Assembly: GCA_963665095.1 (NCBI GenBank)
Contig: OY762069.1
Span: 1,280,001 to 1,344,000, forward strand
Length of the DNA: 64,000 nucleotides
Origin: an uncultured Desulfobacter sp.
GTDB lineage: Bacteria; Desulfobacterota; Desulfobacteria; Desulfobacterales; Desulfobacteraceae
Direction of reading: 5' to 3'
In this document: positions 56,862 through 64,000 of the stretch, piece by piece
How the letters are laid out: every line of letters begins with the position of its first letter
Numbering within the stretch: the stretch's first letter is position 1
Notes under the pieces: model-generated
The model's input: the letters and a program-made list of their open reading frames with translations, nothing else
Told to the model about the DNA's origin: nothing
Database searches by the model: none
Program-made: the position numbers and the translations under genes

Positions 56862-58259
56862 TTAAAATTTGCCTGATTCAAGTTTGTCCGACAGATACTT
56901 AATCTGTTCGTACGTCTGCCCTCTTTGTTTTATCTCTTTTTCAATCGCATTGACCGAATAGATGGCTGTGGCGTGATACCGCTGGAAACTGGCACCAATC
57001 TTTTTTATGGGCTGGTCAGTGTAGCGTTTTGAAAGAAACATGGCCACCTGACGGGGTTTGACAATATGCTGCTTTCTGGATTTGGACACCAGCTGCTGCT
57101 CAGAAACATCATATTGTTCACACACCAGCTTTTTAATCAGGTCAATGGTGATCTGCTGCCGGGTCCGGATCATATTTTTCAAGACACTTCTGGCAAGCTC
57201 AATATCTATTTTACGGTGCATCAGCTGGCCTTTGGTAACCACACCTAAAAGCGCACTTTCAAGCTGGCGGACATCATCACATGCCTCCTGGGCTATATAT
57301 TCGGTTACCGGCATGGGTAGAATGCATTTCATGGCCCTGGATTTTTTATTGAGTATCTTCACCCGTGTACCAAAGTCAGGAGCCTTGATCTCCGTCACAA
57401 TGCCCATATTCAGCCGGGACTTAAGACTGTCATTTAATTTGGGAATTTCATCCGGTCTTTCCGAGCCTGAAAAAATTATTTTTTTGTCTGCGTCAATCAG
57501 ATAGTCCAGTGTCATGGCAAGCTCTTTCTGGGTGGCGGTTTTCCCGGTAAGAAAATGGACATCTTCAAGAATCAGTACATCACATTTACGGCGGTATTTT
57601 TCCTTAAACTGGTCAATCTGGTTATTTCTTAAAGAAAATATCATTTCATTGGTAAAATCCTCGGCAGTCACATACAGCACACCCTGGGCCATGCCGTTGT
57701 CAATGATGTGATGGCCAACAGCCTGGGACAGATGGCTTTTTCCCAAACCGGTTTTACCTAAAAGAAACAGGACGCCTGCCCCGTTAAGTGTACCCTGGGC
57801 AAGACATAAGGAAGCTGTATAGGCAAAGCTGGAATTATCCCCGACAACAAAGTCATCAAAGGTAAAACTTTTTTTAAGCATCCTGCCGCAGTTAAAGGCT
57901 GGTGTCATACCCGGCAATGCCGGTTGCATCTGGGCTGGAACACAGTTAGCGGCAGGGATGGCGGGAATCACACCATGCAGGTCAATCTCTGTTCCTGCAG
58001 AACCTGCTCCTGCTCTTTTTTTTCTGTTTTGGACTTTAAATTCAATTTTGACCTTTTGCCCAAAACGCAAAAAACCCTGCTCGAAATAACCCAAATAATT
58101 ATCCTTTAACCGTTTTACATAAAAATCATTAGGTGCAGATAAAACTACACAGCCGGGCTCGTGAGAAGATAATGATACCGGTTCAATCCACATCCGATAA
58201 CAATGATCAGGAACAGATTCTTTGATATGTAATTTGATTTCTTTCCAGAATGATTCCAT
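56862..58259 (-). CDS. dnaA: DnaA-family replication initiator (divergent, probable paralogue)
   Basis: FTFDDFVVG, GLGKSHL, LKSRL, DVRQLE and RQVAMFL; start is 58259 or 58271. Confidence 0.85.
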   Translation of the reverse strand: MESFWKEIKLHIKESVPDHCYRMWIEPVSLSSHEPGCVVLSAPNDFYVKRLKDNYLGYFEQGFLRFGQKVKIEFKVQNRKKRAGAGSAGTEIDLHGVIPAIPAANCVPAQMQPALPGMTPAFNCGRMLKKSFTFDDFVVGDNSSFAYTASLCLAQGTLNGAGVLFLLGKTGLGKSHLSQAVGHHIIDNGMAQGVLYVTAEDFTNEMIFSLRNNQIDQFKEKYRRKCDVLILEDVHFLTGKTATQKELAMTLDYLIDADKKIIFSGSERPDEIPKLNDSLKSRLNMGIVTEIKAPDFGTRVKILNKKSRAMKCILPMPVTEYIAQEACDDVRQLESALLGVVTKGQLMHRKIDIELARSVLKNMIRTRQQITIDLIKKLVCEQYDVSEQQLVSKSRKQHIVKPRQVAMFLSKRYTDQPIKKIGASFQRYHATAIYSVNAIEKEIKQRGQTYEQIKYLSDKLESGKF

Positions 58260-58771
58260 TCGGCAATACATAACCTTTTCTTACAACAAATAATACAGCG
58301 CAAGACTGTTCAAAGATTTAAGTTTAAAAAAGTATTAATAAAAGCAGATCATAATGATTTTTAAATTGTGGTCTATTTTTTATGTGAATCTTATTTACCG
58401 GTCAACCGGGATAAGATTCGTTAGCCCTCTGTTAGAATATGATGTGGTATATTTTTTCAATATATTGTTTTTATTATAAATATATTGTGAAACAAAGATT
58501 TTTTCTCCTGATTACAATAAGTTCGCCAAAGGCCTATTTTAACAGGAAATATTTAAAAAGTTGAATTTTCTGTCATAAAAGCATATTTTTTTTTCTTCGA
58601 TTTTCTGCATTTTACTTTGATTTCCGTCAAATTAAACAAAAAGAATCAAAAATTGCTAACCCTTAAATTTACAAGGGTTTCACAATTTCGCCCGGGAATT
58701 GTATTTACACCCTGTTTCGGCAATAGTATATTTTTATTTTTTAACAGCTGAATGAAAGAAGCAATAAACTA

Positions 58772-59800
58772 ATGAAAAGCTATTTTAACCGCCCTGTGCT
58801 CGGCATCACCATGGGCGACCCGGCAGGCATCGGGCCTGAAATTATGATTGAGGCTCTGTCAGATCCTGAAACTACAAAAATGTGTATTCCAGTGGTTTTA
58901 GGAGATCTGAAGGTTCTTAAAAAGGCTGACAAAGGCAATAAAATTATATCAAAGTTAGTCCTGACAGACGATTTATCCTGCGATTTTTCAAAATTCTCCA
59001 GGGGTTGCCTGATTCCACTTTCATCTTTAGACACAAATGTTACCAGGTTGGGTACCCCGACACCGGAAACCGGCAGGGCCATGGAGACTTATATTAATAC
59101 CGGGGTGGACCTGGCAATAACAGGCGCCATTGATGCCATAGTCACATGCCCGATCACCAAAACAGGACTGAAACTGGCCGGCTCCGCCTTTCATGGCCAC
59201 ACAGAACTTATCGCACACCGGACAGGCACCACCAACTTTGCCATGATGATGGCAGGCAGCCGCCTTAAGGTTGTTTTGGCCACCATTCATATTCCTTTGT
59301 CTCAAGTGGCCACCCTGTTGTCGCAGCAGGAGATATTAAGAATCATCACGCTTACCCGTGACACTTTGACCGCAAGGTTTGGAATTTCACACCCCCGGCT
59401 GGCAGTGGCAGGCCTCAACCCCCATGCCGGAGAGCTGGGTTTGTTCGGCAACGAGGAAAATGACATTATTGTGCCCGCCATAGATGCGGCCAGACAGAAT
59501 GGCTGTGACATCACCGGACCTTTACCTCCGGACACCGTGTTTTTCAGTGCTGTAAACGGCCGGTTTGATGCAGTGGTCTGCATGTACCATGACCAGGGCC
59601 TTATTCCCTTTAAACTGATCCATTTCAGGGATGGCGTGAACACCACCATCGGCCTTCCCATCATCCGCACCTCAGTGGATCACGGCACGGCCTATGACAT
59701 TGCCTGGAAAGGAGTGGCAGATCCTACGAGCATGAAAGAGGCAATAAAAATGGCAGCCATGCAGGCAGTGAATCTTAAAAGGCATGCCCATGACGGTTGA
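58772..59800 (+). CDS. pdxA: 4-hydroxythreonine-4-phosphate dehydrogenase
   Basis: MGDPAGIGPE, GHTE, LNPHAGE, MYHDQG and RTSVDHGTA motifs. Confidence 0.95.
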   Translation: MKSYFNRPVLGITMGDPAGIGPEIMIEALSDPETTKMCIPVVLGDLKVLKKADKGNKIISKLVLTDDLSCDFSKFSRGCLIPLSSLDTNVTRLGTPTPETGRAMETYINTGVDLAITGAIDAIVTCPITKTGLKLAGSAFHGHTELIAHRTGTTNFAMMMAGSRLKVVLATIHIPLSQVATLLSQQEILRIITLTRDTLTARFGISHPRLAVAGLNPHAGELGLFGNEENDIIVPAIDAARQNGCDITGPLPPDTVFFSAVNGRFDAVVCMYHDQGLIPFKLIHFRDGVNTTIGLPIIRTSVDHGTAYDIAWKGVADPTSMKEAIKMAAMQAVNLKRHAHDG

Positions 59801-62615
59801 TCATATCATTATAAAAGGGGCAAGGACCCATAACTTAAAAAATATTGATGTCACCATCCCCAAAAACAGCCTTACCGTTGTCACAGGCCTGTCAGGATCC
59901 GGCAAATCCTCGCTTGCCTTTGACACCCTTTATGCCGAAGGCCAGAGACGCTATGTGGAGTCTTTGTCCACCTATGCCCGCCAGTTTTTAGGCCAGATGG
60001 ACAAGCCGGATGTGGATGCCATTATCGGGCTCTCCCCGGCCATTGCCATTGAACAGAAAACCGCGTCCCATAATCCGCGGTCCACTGTGGGAACGGTGAC
60101 AGAAATTTATGATTACCTGCGCCTGCTGTTTGCCCGTGTGGGCCGGCCACACTGCCATGTATGCGGCAAACCGGTTACCGGGGCTTCCATTGACCAGATT
60201 ATCCAGAATATTATATCCCCCCTGCCCCCAACTGCACAAAAAATTATGGTTTTGGCCCCTGTGGTCCGGGCTAAAAAAGGCAGCCATGGCCAATTAATCC
60301 ATCACCTTAAAAAAGAAGGGTTTGCCAGGCTTCGGGTTGACGGGCACATCTGTCTGATTGAAGAGGCCCCTCTTCTGGATAAAAAAAAGGCCCATACCAT
60401 TGAGGTGGTGGTGGACCGGCTTATGCTGAAAGCAGGCATTGAACAGCGGCTTTCAGATTCCGTGGAAACAGCCCTGTCCCTTTCTGAAGGCAAAGTGATC
60501 ATAGTCAATCTTGACCTGAAAACTGAAAACTTGTTCAGCGAAAAAGCCGCCTGTCTCACCTGCGGCATCTCATACCCGGAATTTACACCGGCCAGTTTTT
60601 CCTTTAATTCCCCCCATGGGGCCTGCCCCCATTGCGACGGCCTGGGCCATTTAACTGATTTTGATCCGGACCGTATTGTTCCGGACACACACATCTCCCT
60701 TCGTCAGGGAGCCGTACTGCCCTGGGCCGGCAAAGATTCAGTGCGGCAAATGGAATTTCTTGACGCACTGGTTACCCACTACAAACAGGACATCTACACG
60801 CCGTTCAAAGACCTGTCACCCCAGTTTCAAAAAGTGATCCTCCATGGGTCAGGCAGGGAAAAGATTCCTTTTTACGTGGAGCAGGCCGGCAAAAAGATTG
60901 TGTATGAAAAAATATTTGAGGGGGTTGTCGAGCAGCTGGCCCGCCGTTACCGTGATACAAAATCCCTGTCTGTGAAACAGGATCTTGAAAAATATATGGG
61001 GCACAGTATCTGCTCACACTGCAGCGGATCACGGCTGAACCCGGCATCATCCGCAGTCACAGTGGACGGCATGGGCATCCATGACATTGCCGCCATGTCT
61101 GTAAAGCAGGCCAGACACTTTATCAGGGGATTGAATTTCAGTGGCCAGGACAAAACCATATCCCAGGCCATTCTTTCAGAGTTGTCCCAACGACTCTCTT
61201 TTCTGGAAGATGTGGGCTTGGATTATCTGACCCTGAACCGCTCTGCAACCACCCTGTCCGGAGGAGAAAGTCAGCGGATAAGACTTGCCACCCAGATCGG
61301 TTCAAAACTGTCCGGGGTCCTCTATGTGCTGGATGAACCCAGCATCGGGTTGCATCAGCGGGACAATGCCCGGCTGATCAATACGTTGATGCACCTTAAA
61401 TCCTTAGGTAACACGGTGCTGGTGGTGGAGCACGATGAAAAGACCATGCTGGCCTCTGATTTTGTTATTGACGTGGGACCGGGTGCCGGTGTCAAAGGCG
61501 GGCAGGTGGTGTTTTCCGGCCCACCAGAGGACCTGCTTGACGCCTCCTGCCTGACAGGTCAGTATCTGTCCGGCAGGCAAACCATCCCGGTACCGGATCA
61601 GCGGCGGCAGGACAACGGCCAATATCTTGAAATTCAGGGGGCCTGTGCCAACAACCTGAAGGATATTGATGCGGCATTTCCCTTAGGGTGTCTCACCTGT
61701 GTGACAGGCGTGTCCGGGTCAGGAAAGTCAACCCTGGTTCTGTCAACTTTGTACCGGGCCCTTGCAGGCAGAATCAACCGCTCCCGAAAGCCTGTGGGAA
61801 AACATCATAGCATATCAGGCATGGAATATCTGGACAAGGTCATCCATATTGATCAGTCCCCCATCGGCAAGACCCCGAGATCCAACCCGGGCACCTACAC
61901 CGGGGTCCTGACCCATATTCGTGAGTTATTTGCCCAGACACCCGATGCCAGGGCCAAAGGATTTAAAGCCGGCCGCTTCAGCTTTAATATCAAAGGCGGC
62001 AGGTGTGAATCCTGTTCAGGAGACGGTATTGTCAAAATAGAGATGCACTTTCTCCCGGATGTCTATGTAACCTGCGATGTATGCAAGGGCAGGCAGTTCA
62101 ACCGGGAGACCCTTGATATCAAATACAGAGGGAAAAACATCGCTGAAGTACTGGATATGACCATCAACCAGGCTGTTGAATTTTTCAACAATATCTTAGC
62201 CATCCGACATACTCTGTCCACCCTGGTGGATACCGGTCTTGGGTATATAAAGCTTGGTCAGGCAGCCACAACCTTGTCCGGTGGTGAAGCCCAGCGCATC
62301 AAACTTGCCAGGGAACTGTCAAAAAGAAGTACGGGAAAAACCATCTATATTCTGGATGAACCCACCACAGGACTGCATTATGATGATATCAAAAAACTTC
62401 TGGCTGTCCTTGATAAACTGGTTGCGGCCGGAAATACTGTGGTGGTCATTGAACACCACATGGATGTCATCAAATGTGCGGACCATGTCATTGATCTTGG
62501 GCCTGAAGGCGGAGACCAGGGTGGCCGGATTATTGCCAACGGCACACCCGAACAGGTTGCCGCCACGCCCAAATCCCACACAGGATTTTACCTTAACAAG
62601 GTTCTTCAGATATGA
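59790..62615 (+). CDS. uvrA: Excinuclease ABC subunit A
   Basis: [23 protein letters not shown], two ABC domains and zinc fingers. Confidence 0.98.
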   Translation: MTVDHIIIKGARTHNLKNIDVTIPKNSLTVVTGLSGSGKSSLAFDTLYAEGQRRYVESLSTYARQFLGQMDKPDVDAIIGLSPAIAIEQKTASHNPRSTVGTVTEIYDYLRLLFARVGRPHCHVCGKPVTGASIDQIIQNIISPLPPTAQKIMVLAPVVRAKKGSHGQLIHHLKKEGFARLRVDGHICLIEEAPLLDKKKAHTIEVVVDRLMLKAGIEQRLSDSVETALSLSEGKVIIVNLDLKTENLFSEKAACLTCGISYPEFTPASFSFNSPHGACPHCDGLGHLTDFDPDRIVPDTHISLRQGAVLPWAGKDSVRQMEFLDALVTHYKQDIYTPFKDLSPQFQKVILHGSGREKIPFYVEQAGKKIVYEKIFEGVVEQLARRYRDTKSLSVKQDLEKYMGHSICSHCSGSRLNPASSAVTVDGMGIHDIAAMSVKQARHFIRGLNFSGQDKTISQAILSELSQRLSFLEDVGLDYLTLNRSATTLSGGESQRIRLATQIGSKLSGVLYVLDEPSIGLHQRDNARLINTLMHLKSLGNTVLVVEHDEKTMLASDFVIDVGPGAGVKGGQVVFSGPPEDLLDASCLTGQYLSGRQTIPVPDQRRQDNGQYLEIQGACANNLKDIDAAFPLGCLTCVTGVSGSGKSTLVLSTLYRALAGRINRSRKPVGKHHSISGMEYLDKVIHIDQSPIGKTPRSNPGTYTGVLTHIRELFAQTPDARAKGFKAGRFSFNIKGGRCESCSGDGIVKIEMHFLPDVYVTCDVCKGRQFNRETLDIKYRGKNIAEVLDMTINQAVEFFNNILAIRHTLSTLVDTGLGYIKLGQAATTLSGGEAQRIKLARELSKRSTGKTIYILDEPTTGLHYDDIKKLLAVLDKLVAAGNTVVVIEHHMDVIKCADHVIDLGPEGGDQGGRIIANGTPEQVAATPKSHTGFYLNKVLQI

Positions 62616-62756
62616 CGGTTGCCCCCTCCTGGGTGATTCCTAATGAATATGCCTGAGCATGTCACCCGGGCAAAGAGTTGCTTGCGAAAAACAGCCCGTT
62701 ATTATACTCATGGTGCATTACAATTTTACCAACAATTATAAAATCGGCCAACAAGT

Positions 62757-63101
62757 ATGGATACCTGCTCACAAAAATGCATCAACCCGGAAGAGGTGAA
62801 AAAGACCCTGAAAACAATGCCGGCACCTGAAACCATCACAGGCCTTTCCGAAATTTTCAAGGCCCTGGGGGATGCATCCCGGATCAAAATTGTCACAGCC
62901 CTGCTGGACAGGGAGCATTGTGTATGTGATCTTTCCGTGCTTTGCGGCCAGAGCGAATCTGCCGTATCCCATCAGCTCAGGGTGTTGCGGACCCTGCGCA
63001 TCGTTAAAAACCGGCGCCAGGGTAAAATTGTCTACTATTCCCTGGATGACGACCATGTCCGGTCACTGCTTCAGATGAGCATTGAGCATATCACCCACTG
63101 A
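62757..63101 (+). CDS. ArsR/SmtB metal-sensing repressor
   Basis: FKALGD..R, EHCVCDL, SAVSHQLR and YYSLDDDHV..H. Confidence 0.93.
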   Translation: MDTCSQKCINPEEVKKTLKTMPAPETITGLSEIFKALGDASRIKIVTALLDREHCVCDLSVLCGQSESAVSHQLRVLRTLRIVKNRRQGKIVYYSLDDDHVRSLLQMSIEHITH

Positions 63102-63203
63102 CATTAAAATATTTTAAAACCGCTCCCCCCTAAAACGCTGTCCCTGTCGCAATGATTTTACGACAGACCCTGATTTTTTTTCATTGACAGATTTTTCACT
63201 TGC

Positions 63204-63235
63204 ATATATGAACAACAACTCATATGTTCATATAT
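63204..63235. promoter_or_regulatory. SmtB/ArsR-type operator palindrome
   Basis: ATATATGAACA-N10-TGTTCATATAT downstream of TTGACA (63184-63189). Confidence 0.7.
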
Positions 63236-63281
63236 TAACGACGTACAAATTTTAGGCAATGAATAAACACTGGAAAAAATA

Positions 63282-64000
63282 ATGATAACCACAATAAAAA
63301 ACATCATTTTTGAAATCTGGCATGTTTACCTGGATGTATCGGTATTCATGCTCTTCGGCTTTCTTATGGCAGCACTTCTCTACGTATTTTTCAAGGCAGA
63401 CCGGATTAAAAAATACTTAGGTAAAGGCCGGGTGAAACCTGTCCTGCGTGCGGCGTTGTTCGGAATTCCCATCCCTTTGTGCAGTTGCGGGGTGATTCCT
63501 GTGGTCACAGGATTAAAAAAACAGGGGGCCAATGACGGGGCAGCCCTGGCATTCATGATCGCCACCCCGGAATCCGGCGTGGACTCCATTGCCGTTTCCT
63601 GGGCCATGCTGGATCCGGTGATGACTGTCATGCGGCCTGTTGCCGGATTGATTACCGCCATATCCACCGGAATTACCGCAAACCTGTTCAGCAGCAGGGA
63701 ACAAAAAAAGGCCCTTGCACCGGACCCGTTTTTTGCAACCGTCCCGGAACAGGGACACGCCTGCGGATGCAGTTCCGGTGCCTGCGAAACCCAAATGGGC
63801 AAAGCCGGAGTTGAGTCCCCCCTTTTCACACGCCTGGCACAGGGGTTGAATTTTGCCTTTGGCGACCTGCTCACCGATATTGCCAAACCTTTTACCATCG
63901 GGGTAGTGATTGCCGGGTTCATTACATTCTTTTTTCCTTCCGGCATCAGCGCATGGTCCCAGAGTAATCCAATTCTTGCCATGCTGGTCATGCTGGTGGC
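63282..64000 (+). CDS. DUF318/ArsP-like metal permease (truncated by the window end; not in ORF track)
   Basis: Frame from ATG 63282 contains GIPIPLCSCGVIP and FMIATPESGVDS. Confidence 0.88.
   Translation, partial: MITTIKNIIFEIWHVYLDVSVFMLFGFLMAALLYVFFKADRIKKYLGKGRVKPVLRAALFGIPIPLCSCGVIPVVTGLKKQGANDGAALAFMIATPESGVDSIAVSWAMLDPVMTVMRPVAGLITAISTGITANLFSSREQKKALAPDPFFATVPEQGHACGCSSGACETQMGKAGVESPLFTRLAQGLNFAFGDLLTDIAKPFTIGVVIAGFITFFFPSGISAWSQSNPILAMLVMLV

Noticed and set aside
58272..58771. oriC next to dnaA
   Set aside because: AT-rich but without clustered consensus DnaA boxes; the one perfect TTATCCACA noticed (55657) is inside a coding region.

Overview
The window looks like a sulfate-reducer chromosome segment (Desulfobacteraceae-like; inferred from gene content only). 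About 37.8 kb (1232..39056) is an apparently complete temperate prophage. It has lambda-type cos/terminase/portal genes, a P2/Mu-type contractile tail, and a helicase/primase/Cas4-like/ThyX replication module. Its attachment site is the 5' end of the host FMN riboswitch in front of ribB, duplicated as a perfect 27-bp direct repeat (1232..1258 and 39030..39056). The phage right end appears to rebuild the locus with its own sigma70-type promoter, an insulating hairpin and a new P1 flank, while the displaced host promoter now points antisense into the integrase. Other prophage features are a C5-methyltransferase cassette bounded by perfect 58-bp repeats with a second subunit-like ORF nested in another frame, a C4-like antisense RNA, a dispersed TTTAC-N6-GTAAA operator, an iteron cluster and a tail-chaperone -1 frameshift. 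The host flank holds ribB, TetR, an acetyl-CoA hydrolase/GNAT fusion, an IS200 nested in a MITE-like repeat, pfaD plus an unusually fused PfaA-type PKS, a glcD-like oxidase, a divergent dnaA homologue, pdxA, uvrA and an ArsR/permease pair. All calls come from reading motifs by eye; no searches were run.
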